From Octopus sinensis (taxonomy: Eukaryota), in contig NW_021835390.1 of NCBI RefSeq assembly GCF_006345805.1, positions 1 through 50,464 of the forward strand: a stretch of DNA of 50,464 nt, given 5' to 3'. Below are positions 25,920 to 37,802 of the stretch, in pieces. The notes beneath the pieces were generated by a model. The model was not told the DNA's origin, made no database searches, and saw nothing but the letters and a program-made list of their open reading frames with translations. The position numbers were made by a program, and so were the translations under genes. Each line of letters starts with the position of its first letter. Position 1 is the stretch's first letter.

Positions 25920-26635
25920 AGGAGACAGAGGAAAGCCCAAAAGAAGAGAAAGACGGAGGAAAAAATTGTCAACAATCCACGTGTTGTTATATATGTATGT
26001 ATGTATATAAGTTGAAAATGTCGCAAAGACTGAAACCGGTACTAAAATGTTCTTCATGATAAGATTATTTTAGAATTTTCTACCTTGTCCTATTTTCTTT
26101 ATATGTGTGTGTGTGTGTGCGCGTATATATGTATATATATATGTGTGTGTGTATTTAACGTATATGTATTTAAAAGTCACAATGACAAACGTTGTTTTAG
26201 ATATCACAATGACGGATGGGTCTCGGCTGGAACGTCTTTGATCATAAATTTGCACAACGTATGTCGATCTGAGTACTAAACAACAACAGCATCGACTTCA
26301 AATCCTCCACTATCACCTCTACACCTTCTTCTCCGCCTCCTCCTCATTTCACGATATCCCTACCACCACCATACAACCACTAGGAACAATGGCTGTCCAT
26401 AACATCCTAGTTCTGTTATGTGATTGTCACATGAGTGTCAGAGAAGGTGTCAGAAACTGCGATCTCAACTATCAATATCCAGAGAGCGATAGGTAGAGGA
26501 GAAGATCCAGAGAGAACAAGAGAGGAAAGAAACTACGTGCGAGTGAAAAATAGAGCGGAGGAAGAGAAACAGTGAGAGAGTAGAAAGAGAAGAAAGACAG
26601 AGGTGGGGGGACTCTGAGCTATTTAAGAAAAGGAG

Positions 26636-26677
<42 letters not shown>

Positions 26678-26957
26678 GAGAAGAGTGTGTAGAAAGTATG
26701 AGACAGGTAGACATAAAAAGTAAGACAAAGCAAAGTGACAGATATATAGTCCATCAGATAGATGGCAGGTGGATGGGTGGCTGGTTGGTTGGTTGGTTGG
26801 TTGGTTGGTTGGTAGGTGGGTGGTTAGAGACATTGTGAATGGGTGTATAAAGAGATAAAGACTAAGTTGGTGTTGATAGATACACAGAAGGATATGTGTG
26901 TGCGCGCGTGTTAAACATATATACATACACACACATATATATATATATATGTATGTT

Positions 26958-27118
26958 TTTCATTCTTTTACTTGTTTCAGTCATTTGACTGCGGCCAAGC
27001 TGGAGCACTGCCTTTAGTCGAACAAATAGACCAGGACTTATTCTTTGAAGGCCTAGTACCTTATTCGATCGTTCTCTTTTGCCGAACCGCTAAGTTATGG
27101 GCACGCAAACACATCATC
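26958..27118 (-). mobile_element. SINE family A 3' half
   Basis: ttttacttgtttcagtcatttgactgcggcc...gccgaaccgctaag. Confidence 0.85.
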
Positions 27119-27653
27119 AAACTGTTAAACGTGAAGGAGGATATGGGATGATCGGGGGTGGGGCTATATCTTGGAAATCCACTGGCCCAATCACTTATCT
27201 TCATGGCAGAATTAATAGTCAAGACTATTTAAGCATTTTTATCTGATCAAATTTATCCTATATTTGCGGAACTGTTTCCCGGAGGGAAAGGCAGTCTTCA
27301 GAATGATAATGCACCAATTCACACAGTTTAAGTTGTTCCTGAATGGCACGAGGAACGTTCTAGTGAAGTTGAACAACTTATCTAGCCACCACAGTCCCTA
27401 GATCTCAATATTATTGAACATTTATGGTGCATTTTAGAAAAAAACAAGTAAGGAGTCGATATCCTCCACCATCATCACTACAAGAACTGGAGATTGTTTT
27501 AGCTGAAGAATGGACAAAAATTCCTTTGGAAACAATTCAAACTCTGTACGAGTCCATACCTCATAGAATTCAAGCTGTAATTACTGCCAAAGGCGGTCTA
27601 ACCCCATATTAAAATTTGTTTGAAATTTCAAGGTATTTACATTATTTTGTCAA

Positions 27654-27658
<5 letters not shown>
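27119..27658 (+). mobile_element. 3' half of an inactive Tc1-like transposon with DD36E spacing
   Basis: TVKREGG...AISWKSTGP...QNDNAPIH...PPQSLDLNIIEHLW...RIQAVITAKGGLTPY*. I counted 36 residues between the second D and E. The right TIR remnant attattttgtcaaacc runs into (CT)n. Confidence 0.85.
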
Positions 27659-27745
<87 letters not shown>

Positions 27746-27800
27746 GAGTGAGTAGAGAAACGAAAGAAGGGCAATCAACACATCTATTGGGAATTACGTT

Positions 27801-27945
27801 TGAATCAAAGCAGGTTGATTCAATCCCCTTGGTATCCTGAGTTTCAAGCGTGATGCTAATCTTCGGGCAAACTCCAATGTCTGAACATTAATTTCACATT
27901 TGAAACCAGAGTGCCAAGGAGTTTGAATTAAGCTGCTTTGATTCA
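27801..27945. repeat. 145-bp foldback hairpin (~68-bp arms, 8-nt loop)
   Basis: tgaatcaaagcaggttgattcaa...cttcgggca aactccaa tgtctgaac...ttgaattaagctgctttgattca. Confidence 0.85.
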
Positions 27946-28021
27946 TATATATATATATATATATACGGATGAATGAATTATCCTTTGTTTACCGTTAACA
28001 TGGAAAATTCAGGCTCGCTTT

Positions 28022-28103
28022 CTTTCCTGATGAGAAGATTGCATTTTTCACCGTTTATTCCTCTAGAATAATACCATGTTGTCGTCGAAACATATGTCGA
28101 AAG
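28022..28103 (+). ncRNA. Minimal type-I hammerhead motif with long stem II
   Basis: CTTTC CTGATGA GAAGATTGCAT...ATGTTGTCGTC GAAA CATATG TC GAAAG: stem I CTTTC/GAAAG, canonical core, imperfect ~11-bp stem II, palindromic CATATG stem III and GUC triplet. The ~180-bp host element lies between (TA)n tracts. Confidence 0.75.
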
Positions 28104-28145
28104 TAAAAGAATTTTAAAAGACCTTCGTTCAACTCCATTTATTTA

Positions 28146-28181
<36 letters not shown>

Positions 28182-28330
28182 AACACTTTTTCCTGCAAAA
28201 TAGGAGTGGCTTCTCCTGTTCAGGCTATATTATTGGCATTGTCCTGCGTTTGAGAATTTAAAATCATTTCTTTAACTTTCTAAGACATTTCAACGCTTCT
28301 AAAGCACACTTCGTTTGTTAACGTTCATCG

Positions 28331-28371
<41 letters not shown>

Positions 28372-28717
28372 CATGGGTAGTAGCTTGTTGTGATCGCATT
28401 CAGATTAACAATAATTGTTGATAATATTTAGCAAATTTTGTTAAAAGCGGTAAATAAAATTGTCGATAATCATAATAAGCGGATTCACAGGTGTCTGACT
28501 AGGCTCGCCTGAGGAGATCTAATTATATCGAAACATGTTAATTTTGGGGACCAGTTTTACTTTAAAGTACATTCTTCGTTTACACATTTGCTTTAGAGAT
28601 CAAGTCGTCTGACCCCTTTATCAAACATATAACTACAAATAACATTATCATTTTGAACTGAACTGATATAATTACATTAATGTAATTTTAAATACAATAC
28701 TATAATTACCAGATCCA

Positions 28718-28747
28718 CTGATGAGGTAAAGAGGACCGAAACACGTA
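28718..28747 (+). ncRNA. Decayed hammerhead core (stem I lost)
   Basis: CTGATGA GGT aaagagg ACC GAAA CACG TA. A second decayed core, CTGAGGA GAT...ATC GAAA CATG TT, lies at 28509-28539. Confidence 0.45.
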
Positions 28748-28905
28748 TACAAGCTTAATAAGGTCATTGAATACAAAAGAGATTAAGCATATCATTATAT
28801 GTGTTCTTTAAGTTCCTTCAAACAGAACAACCGACAGGAATGCGAGATGAGAAAGGACGGACCCGACTTTATCAGCAACGTGTACACCCTCACTCACGAA
28901 ACAAA

Positions 28906-28936
<31 letters not shown>

Positions 28937-29317
28937 ATAGGTAAACAAATAAATGAAAAAATAGATGAGTAAAAGCGTGAATAAAACTACTAAGCGAAAG
29001 AAAAAGGTACACTATCTTGTACACACACACATATATATATACGTATTGTCCCAGTTTGTATTTTTTTTACATTTACATATATATATATACATATATATAT
29101 ACACACACACACATATATGTATGTGTATGTATGTCCTCTTCTCTAAAGCAGCTTATCACAACGTATGTATTTAAAGTTCTCTTTTCCACTATCACTTTCC
29201 TCTCACCCTCTGTATGTGTGTGTGTATATATCAATTTGTTAATGTGTGTGTGTTTGCATTAGATGTGTCCATATATATATATATACATACACACACACAC
29301 ACACACATATATATATA

Positions 29318-29387
<70 letters not shown>

Positions 29388-29614
29388 TCAAAGATTTCCT
29401 TCTTATCGCTATGCATCTTCGCATTTACCGCTTAGCTAGCATTATTATTCAAAGAGAAAATTATCAGCTCTTTTGTGTTAAGAGTTAATTTAGTTACGAT
29501 AGAGAGCACCAAGCGTATCGTCTCAATCTCGCTTTCATTGTCATGCTTTGCTTACTCCTCTCCTGGGAATAAAATTCTCTTTTTTTTTCCACCCCATTCA
29601 GCTCTTGATTATGA

Positions 29615-29659
<45 letters not shown>

Positions 29660-30519
29660 TATATATATTATATATTTTTATATATAAATATAAATAATTA
29701 TATATATATTTAATATATAATATATCTTATAATATTTCCATATACATATAAATGTGTTTTGGTGTATGTGGTTATATGCTTGGTTTTAATTCTTTTTGTA
29801 TTTTTGTCAGGTAATAGTGACACCTAAATCTTATCATGTAGTTCTTACTATCTAGGTCTCAACATAAATACACACACGCACAAACACACACACATACGCA
29901 CACACGCGCACATTAGTCCCTTATACAAATATTCTACACATACTCATAAATACAACATAGAAATACAAGAAACTATACAAGTGCATAGTATTTGTATACA
30001 TGTGTGTGTGTGTGTGTGTGGAAAGACTAAGGTACGTTTATAGTTGTAGAAACTAGTCTTCAGGATTATGTGTGTGATTTTGTGTATCTGTAATGTATGA
30101 AAGATATAATGAGAGAGGGGGAGATAAAGAGAAGAAAGCGAGAGAAAGAAAGACTGAAACAAAGAAAATAAGAAAAAGAAAGAAAGAGAAAAAGGAAGGG
30201 AAAGACAGAAAGATATAAAGACAAAGAGATATAGAGACAGAGAGATCTTGGCTCCTGATTTGGGGAACGCGTCATCATATATACGACTTGCATGAGATTC
30301 GCTATATGTGTTAGTGCTTTTAGCTCTAAGACACACTTGATCCAGCAGACTTATGATCCAGAGTGTTCCAATTATGACCATTGCATCGAATTTCGTATTA
30401 CGTAAAACTACATATCTTAAAGCACCCATAAAACGCTCTCGTCCACGTGTCTCAAAAATAACCCCTGGCCTTATATAAATATATATATATATATGTATGC
30501 ATGTATATATATATATATA

Positions 30520-30869
30520 ACGAGCAAAACGGTGCTGAGTTGTCAAACATTTAAACCAAATTTTCTCAAAACAACTTGTCCGACGGTCCCATAGGCTTCC
30601 CCTTTAGGAAACACTGATTTAACCTAAATTTGAGACAACAACAACAGAAGAAATAAAGATAGACTTTTTTTCTATTCCAAAGAAAAACGATTTTATTCAC
30701 GTTATCGATCGCTTTCTCACATGGAATCGATTTTTGTAATTTTTTCAAGATTTATACACTTCCTGATACAGTCGGTATCTACATATCAAATTTGAGCGCA
30801 ATCAGATGGAGGATGCCCGAGATCCAAGAAGACACACACACACAGACAGAACGAATTTTATATAACAGA
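30520..30869 (-). mobile_element. Second non-autonomous Helitron-like element, 3' end decayed
   Basis: The minus strand starts A|TCTGTTATATAAAATTCG-(CTGT/GT)n...CAAATTTG, the same 5' architecture as 34343-35001. Confidence 0.5.
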
Positions 30870-31026
30870 TTAATTAAAAAATAAAAGCGAAGAAAAACGC
30901 AACAAGAAAAAGCAACAACGCGAGGACGTGATACATACAAAGTATTAGCAGATGCTCATGAAAGAAAGAAAGGTAGTTTTACGTTTCGAGCAAAGGCTCT
31001 TCTTCTGAGCCGGAGACAGAGGAAAG

Positions 31027-31072
<46 letters not shown>

Positions 31073-31465
31073 ATATATATATATATATCCATATATATTT
31101 GTATATTAATATGTACATATATTCATATATGTCTTTGTTGCCGTACACATTCGCTAGCTTTCTTACAAAGAGGTCTAATGCTCTTAGCTTAGACTTTTGT
31201 AGTGGCAACTAGATTGAACCATCTCAAGTGTAACTGCCCGAAATGGTCATGACTTCTGAGACATGACCGACGACAGAAAGCTCAGAATGACCCGTCTGTT
31301 TTTGCTTGTCCTAATTGTTGCTTCTCTTGTCCATTTTGTATTGTCTATCTATCTGTCCGAACGTTTTAATGCCTTCTATTGTGTTTTTGTTCCATTTATA
31401 TACACACACACATATATATATATAGCGAAGTTGAGCATTCTCTATATATATACATACATATATAT

Positions 31466-31511
<46 letters not shown>

Positions 31512-32819
31512 TGTGTGTATGTGTGTGCGTGTATGTGTGTATTATTACTAATAAAATATAAGAGCAAAATGACTTTAACATTCTATTATATATTTCATTA
31601 ATAATATATTTTCTCATGACGCGTTTCTTTCACATTCACACGCACACATTCACAAATACACATTCACACATAATCACATTCACACGGAATCAAGCATTAC
31701 TATACGCAATAATAATAAAAGAGAGCGAGAGGAGGAGGTGGGTGGGCTGAAGCTAAAAATCCTGCATGAATGTGTTAAGACTGACCTAAATGTTTGTTGG
31801 AAAAAGTCTGTGGGTTTTGAAGACCTACTTAAGACGGTGAATGATTGAGTGAGCGAAAGAGAAAAAGAAAGGGAAAGAAAGAAAGAAAGAGAATGGGAGT
31901 GTGTGTATGTGTGTGTATGTGTGTGAGAGAGAGAGACAGACAGACAGATAGAGAATGAAAATGAGCGCCTCCCCACCTACACACAAACGCAAAAAATCAA
32001 CCGAAATGTATGGCAGACCGTCCATGCGAAACTGGAAATCACTCAAGGATAGAATTTTGAACGACGGTCTTGTTGTGGGCCGTTGGGCTTTTCGTTGTTT
32101 ACCCCTGTGCCAGACACCTGATCAGGCAAACCTATGATCCAAAAGTTTTCCAGCAATGATCATCTCGTCTTACACACATGCGCGCGCATATATATGCATG
32201 AATAAATTTATAAATGAATGTATGGCTATCTCTCTATGCATATACCAATCTCTTTCTGTATCTAGCTTTGAAAAATATAAACTCAACGTGAGCCATTGTA
32301 GGATTTGAAATCAGGACGTAAAGATATGTAACTAAATATTGCTCTACTGATTCAGGCAACGAAACCCTAAAAAACCCCTAAAACTCGTATTTGATAGCAG
32401 GAAATGGGTACAGGCATTCTAGATGCACCCAAATTTCTGAAGCGCGATTTCAGGAAAGACATATCTTGGTGCATTAAAGAATGCGATACTGATTTCAAAT
32501 TTTGGTAAAAGGCCAGTAATTTCAAGGGCGGGGGTAAGTCGATTATATTGACCCCCCCCCCCAGTTCTCAATCGCTGGAGCGCAACGGGATAGAAGACGG
32601 AGCGCAACGGTTGGAAGAAAGGAAGAAAGAAAAACAAAAGGATCGGCATGGGTCGCACAGCTAAAGAAAAGAAGACAAAAGGAAGAGGAAGAATCATTCC
32701 CCCCTTTTTTTTGTGGACTGAGAGGCTGGTTTATTAGAGACCCTTCCTAAATTTTTTTTAACCAGGAGGAGGTAGTGAGGTTATCGAGCCTTGCTTCGGC
32801 TGAGAATAAATAATATTAA

Positions 32820-33140
32820 CTTTGTCCTATTTTAACGACCCTGAAAGAGTGAAATACAAAATCAACCTCGACGGAATTCGAACGCAGAAAATGAAGACGG
32901 CCGAAATGCCTATTTCTTTACTATCCACAAGGGGCTAAACACAGAGGAGACAAACAAGGACAGACAAACGGATTAAGTCGGTTATATCGACCCCAGTGCA
33001 TAACTGGTACTTAATTTGTCGACCCCGAAAGGATGAAAGGCAAAGTCGACCTTGGCGGAATTTGAACTCAGAACGTAACGGCAGACGAATTGCCGCTCAG
33101 CATTTTGCCCGGCGTGCTAACAATTCTGGCTGCTCGCATC
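32820..33140 (-). mobile_element. SINE family B, young copy fused to an older copy
   Basis: A full head and core on the minus strand is followed by AAAGAAATA|GGCATTTCG, which restarts a decayed core at 32910. Confidence 0.85.
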
Positions 33141-33169
33141 CATATTAAAGCGTGTAATATTTAAAGCAA

Positions 33170-33320
33170 TCTTCATGTTCTGAGTTCAAATTCCACCGAT
33201 CTCGACTTTGCTTTTCATCCCTTTGAAATCAATGAAATAAGTACCAGCTGAACACTGGAGATGTAATCGACTTACCCCCTCCCCGGAAATTGCTGGCCTT
33301 GTCCCAAAATTTGAAATCTA
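33170..33320 (+). mobile_element. SINE family B core with alternative 3' tail
   Basis: gttctgagttcaaattcc...cgacttaccccctccccggaaattgctggccttgtcccaaaatttgaaa. Confidence 0.75.
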
Positions 33321-33684
33321 TGTTTAAAGTAATCTAGCAAAACATTGCAGGACTAGATCAGTTATAGCAAAAAATATGACTGGATATAACAAGGAAAGTT
33401 GGTAGTACAGCTGAAAATAAAGCAAGACATCACAATAATAAAAATAGCCTGCAAGGAAAAAATTAATTCATTGGAGGCCCAACTTCGCAAGTAGGACTTG
33501 GGGTGACGTTTTTCTCTTTTGAGACATATTTTCGGGGAAAAAAAAATCTGTTTTATATACCATCAAATCTGCTAAGTAACATCGGTAAAATAACGACCGA
33601 AATGATATGAAAACCGCATTAACGGCTTCAAAAATCCGAAAGCCTGAAGGAAAAGTAGTAATATAAAGATATAATCCTACTTAC

Positions 33685-33756
33685 AATCTCTCCATGGCGA
33701 AGAGGTCACGGAAAGCTTCCTTCTCAATTTTGGTAATCCTGTTTTCCGGTAGCTGT
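33685..33756 (-). CDS. slit: Single 72-bp internal coding exon encoding one LRR (QLPENRITKIEKEAFRDLFAMERL), probably from LRR domain 1 of a Slit homolog
   Basis: Minus strand reads tttcttcattacag|A CAG CTA CCG GAA AAC ... GAG AGA TT|gtaagt. It has a polypyrimidine-AG acceptor, a consensus GTAAGT donor, exactly 72 nt and symmetric phase 2-2, as is typical of one-LRR exons. From memory the peptide resembles Slit D1 repeats (fly [24 protein letters not shown]; human SLIT2 [24 protein letters not shown]). Gene identity rests on 24 aa only. Confidence 0.8.
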
Positions 33757-33821
33757 CTGTAATGAAGAAACAAGAGAGAAAATATAGAAACACGCGTAAT
33801 AATCATTGTACTCGTGTAAGA

Positions 33822-34035
33822 TGGCGAGCTGGTAGAATCGTTTGCACGTCCAGTCAGGACGTTTAGCGGCATTTCATCCGTCTATTTTTTTTCTGAGTTC
33901 AAATCCTGCCAAAATCGATTTTGCCTTTCGTCCTTTCGGGGTCGATAAAATGAATACCTGTGCAGCACTGAGGTCGATGTAATGGATATACCTTCTCCAC
34001 CCCAAAAATTGCTGGGCTTGTGTCAAAATTTACTG
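33822..34035 (+). mobile_element. SINE family B with alternative tail; an inverted decayed copy follows at ~34070-34225
   Basis: Head ggcgagctggtagaatcgttt, Nin-like core, tail aaattgctgggcttgtgtcaaaattt. Confidence 0.8.
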
Positions 34036-34342
34036 ATAGGCACAAAGTCTGAATTTTTGAAGGAAGGAGATGGTCGATTACATCGGCCACAGTATTCCAC
34101 TGGTACTTATTTTATCAACTCCGAAGGAGAGGAAAAGCAAAATTGACTTCGACGGAATTTGAACCCAGAACTTAAAAGCAAGAAGAAATGCCGTTGTGCA
34201 GTTTGAACAGCACGGCAACGATTCCACAGCACGGCAACGATTCCACAGCACGACAACGCAGATACAGAAGTAATATATAAGTTTGTAGATATGTATATCT
34301 ATACACCCACATCACCTAGAATCACCAGGCTTTTATAGAAAA

Positions 34343-35001
34343 CTAGCATTATGACCCGTCTTCGCCGGGTCATAGTGCTAGTGCATGTATATATGTGTAT
34401 ATATATATGTGTACATATTACATGTACATCTATATATATACATCTACAGATAAAATACAAAATACAAAGTTATATCTTGATACCGCTAGTGATAACAATA
34501 CTCAAAATATATAACAAACTGGAATTGTAGGACTATTCCATTTCTGCACACTAGTTTTATTTTTTAACTTATTCCCATTCATGTGAAACCACTTATTCAA
34601 GTTCAAGTCATTGATGCAATTTTATACCAATTGCTATTTTTACTTTTGTAATGTTACGATTATATTATACTTCAGTTTGATTTTAATTATTACTTACTAC
34701 ATATAATTCAATTGTTATTATTATCTCTAATTTTTATTGTTACAGTGAAAGTATCTGACATAAAATAGAGAAATGTTTTTGTTTCACTTTTAACACGTAA
34801 TACTGAAATAGTGGAGAAGATATGATATTGCTATGGGCTCGCCTTAGGCAAGAAGTTGAACTTTTTTTTGCCCATGAAACTACATGGGCCCTAAGTAAGG
34901 CATGTGTAAAATTTGAATAAAATTGGTAGTGTAGTTCTCAAGTTTTAGGGAAACACACAGACAGACACACACACACATTCTCAGTTTTATATATAGAGAG
35001 A
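34343..35001 (-). mobile_element. Non-autonomous Helitron
   Basis: The minus strand begins A|TCTCTCTATATATAAAACTGAG-(GT/CTGT)n and ends with hairpin GACCCG-gcgaaga-CGGGTC then CTAG|T. This gives 5' TC, 3' hairpin plus CTAG, and an AT target without TSD. Confidence 0.8.
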
Positions 35002-35134
35002 TTATCAAAGTGATTGTGAAGCTTGAGATCTTGCTGTTTATATTATAACCAAGTGCTTTCAATAAATAATAAAATAAAGATTGCTCTAATTTGCAAATAG
35101 GAAAAAGTAAGAACATAGTCCCTGGTTGAATAAA

Positions 35135-35375
35135 TGGAAAAGTCTGAGTCGATGATTCTATTTATGGACTCCACAGCGCAGGTTATGATCACTGTAAGTG
35201 CGTGTGAGTGTGTGTGTTAATTACTGTGGAGGATTGAAAAGGTATGCCAAAAGAATTCATACTATGGCACCTGTCCCCTCTTCCAGCCAGCACAGCTGTG
35301 TATTATGCAACAAAATGTGCAAATATTTGGCCGGGTCTCAAAAGTCATACAAGGGCCTGGCATTGCATCATCAAC
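35135..35375 (+). mobile_element. Short decayed RTE-like 3' end
   Basis: KRYAKR...SCVLCNKMCKYLAG, then frameshifted LKSHTR, resembling the RTE C-terminal C2H2-like finger. Confidence 0.45.
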
Positions 35376-35584
35376 CTCGACGGAATTTGAACGACAATAT
35401 GAGTCTTCGAAGACAGTTTGCTCTCATAAGTACCAAAATAAAATTAGGGATTTATGGAGAGTCAAAGTTGGGAACAAAAACAGGACAGTAGAGACATACA
35501 AGGAAACCGAACGAAAACAAACACGGAAGGTCGTTAGACCAGAACGAAGGGAAAAGATCGGAGATATCTTCTTAGCATCACTTC

Positions 35585-36072
35585 ACTGATGTAGATTCGG
35601 AAGTCTGTTGTCCACGTGGTCTGCACGCTTGTTCGTGGTTGATAAGATCGATGTGGATTTGACATATCCGATTGCAGTGATCACAGGGGTATGGTTGTTC
35701 AGGGTCTATGATTCAGCCGCATTATTTTTTCACCTCTGACGTTTGTCTTCAAGAGAGACACTGCGAGAGATCTCAAAGGAGGAAACAGCATCGCTGATGG
35801 CATGGCCCCAAACGAAGCGGTGAGCTGTTAGAGTGGACCACTCACGATAATCAAAGTCACAAACGCTAAGATACTGCTTCAGGCAGTCTTTGCAAGGCTT
35901 CCTTGGAGACCCCGCCCTGCTGCGGTGGCCAGTGGTGAGCTCACTGTACATGATGATCTTGGATGGGCGGTGGTTTTTCATCCAGTCAACGTACCCTGAC
36001 CAAAGCAGTCGTATCTGAAGCAAAATGACTCCCAAACTGGTGACCTTTGCTCCCCCGAGGACCTCGGTGTAT
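35585..36072 (-). mobile_element. RTE-clade LINE 3' end (ORF C-terminus with terminal Cys/His finger)
   Basis: TEVLGGAKVTS...LLWSGYVDWMKNHRPSKIIMYSELTTGHRSRAGSPRKPCKDCLK...EDKRQR, then after a stop/frameshift PYPCDHCNRICQIHIDLINHEQAC. Confidence 0.85.
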
Positions 36073-36277
36073 TTATGTATATATAAACAGGAGTTGAAAG
36101 ATACATATATATACACACTTATGAACATGTTCGAACGCATTACTACATATATGTAAACATGTAAAGACGTGTGTGCGTGTGTGCACACGCACATACACAC
36201 ATACGTTAGAACACATATAACAGAAGTGTGTGAAAATTTCATGCAATATAAATACATACATACATATACATATATAT

Positions 36278-36335
<58 letters not shown>

Positions 36336-36336
<1 letters not shown>

Positions 36337-36766
36337 TGGTTTCAATCGACTTACGACCACAATTGGTTCCGACTGACTGGTCGTCAGTGAATTTGATCTT
36401 AAGTCAGCCTATAGGCCTACATAGCCTTGTTTTATATACTTACATTCTTAAGGTATCTTCTCGGGTTAAAGTCACACACAGCATTCTGTATTATAGTTAG
36501 TCAAACATTTCGGAATCTCAAACAATCGTCTTATGAACAAATACGAGGTTGCCTCGATGTCTCCGCGACAGGATATTCATCCAACACTCAGGGTAACCAC
36601 AGTGGCGATCGATAACCAAACCATGGGGAAGTATTTGTTAGCTGACATCATCCGTAGACGGGTTTAGATTTCAACTGGACTATTTATTATTGCTACCGGG
36701 AGCTGGCACCCCAGTCGTCGTAAAGTGATCGGTCGTAAATCGGATGGGTCGTAAGTCGACGACCTG
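36336..36766. mobile_element. pogo/Tigger-like MITE
   Basis: TA-flanked ends share the inverted motif TCGACTTACGACC with subterminal TTACGAC repeats. The right end reads CAGGTCGTCGACTTACGACC on the minus strand. Confidence 0.6.
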
Positions 36767-36869
36767 TATATATATGTTGGTACGAATGAATGCATGTATA
36801 TGTACGTATGTATGTATATACTTACTAGGAAATATATAGGATACAATCACCCAAGAATGTTTTACATAT

Positions 36870-36924
<55 letters not shown>

Positions 36925-37273
36925 TGTGTGTGTATACGAGTGAGTGCGTGCATACGCGCCTGTGATGTATATAGTGCACCTAAAGGAAGTATCTAGCGTA
37001 CTGATTATACAAGTCTAACTATCCCCAAAAGCGCTATTGTACCTTAATCGTTTTGTCCCCGTAAAGAACATTTCACACCTGCTTTTAACATGAAAGGGAA
37101 AGCATTTTGTGCTTAGTGCTTTGTTTATGTATGTATGTATGTATGTATGTATGTATGTATGTATGTATGTATGTATGTGTGTGTGTGTGTATGTATGTAT
37201 ATATATATTGATGGTTGGATGGATGGATGGATGGATGGATGGATGCATGTGTGCATATATGTATGCATGTTTC

Positions 37274-37309
<36 letters not shown>

Positions 37310-37517
37310 CATGCATATATATATATATATCATACATGCATATATATGTGTGTGTGCTCAGTCTACAAAATCTACTATAGGGTGTTATATGAGTATGTAC
37401 AGACATACACACACACAGACACACATATATACTACATATATATAATATATATATAATATATATATATATACACAACATATATTACATGTATACATACATA
37501 TATACATGTATACATAC

Positions 37518-37548
<31 letters not shown>

Positions 37549-37579
37549 ATATGTATACATGCATATATAGTGTGTGTGT

Positions 37580-37700
37580 GTTCAGTCTACCAAATCTACT
37601 CACAGGGTTTGGTCGGCCAGAGGCTATAGTCCAAAGTGCCACTTAGTGGAACTGAACCGGAAACCATGTGGTTGGGAAGCAAGCTTCTTAGTACATAGCA
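37580..37700 (-). mobile_element. SINE family A 5' fragment
   Basis: ctaccaaatctactcacagggtttggtcggcc...ccatgtggttgggaagcaagc. Confidence 0.75.
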
Positions 37701-37763
37701 CATATTATATTATGTGTATACATAGTGAATACATGGCATAATATATATATATAATATAATATA

Positions 37764-37802
<39 letters not shown>

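Noticed and set aside
33681-33872. 63-aa ORF as a complete gene
   Set aside because: Only the last 24 codons are exon; the upstream part is intron and SINE sequence.
34207-34258. 19-bp tandem repeat (about 2.7 copies)
   Set aside because: A local slippage duplication at the end of a decayed SINE; no further significance evident.
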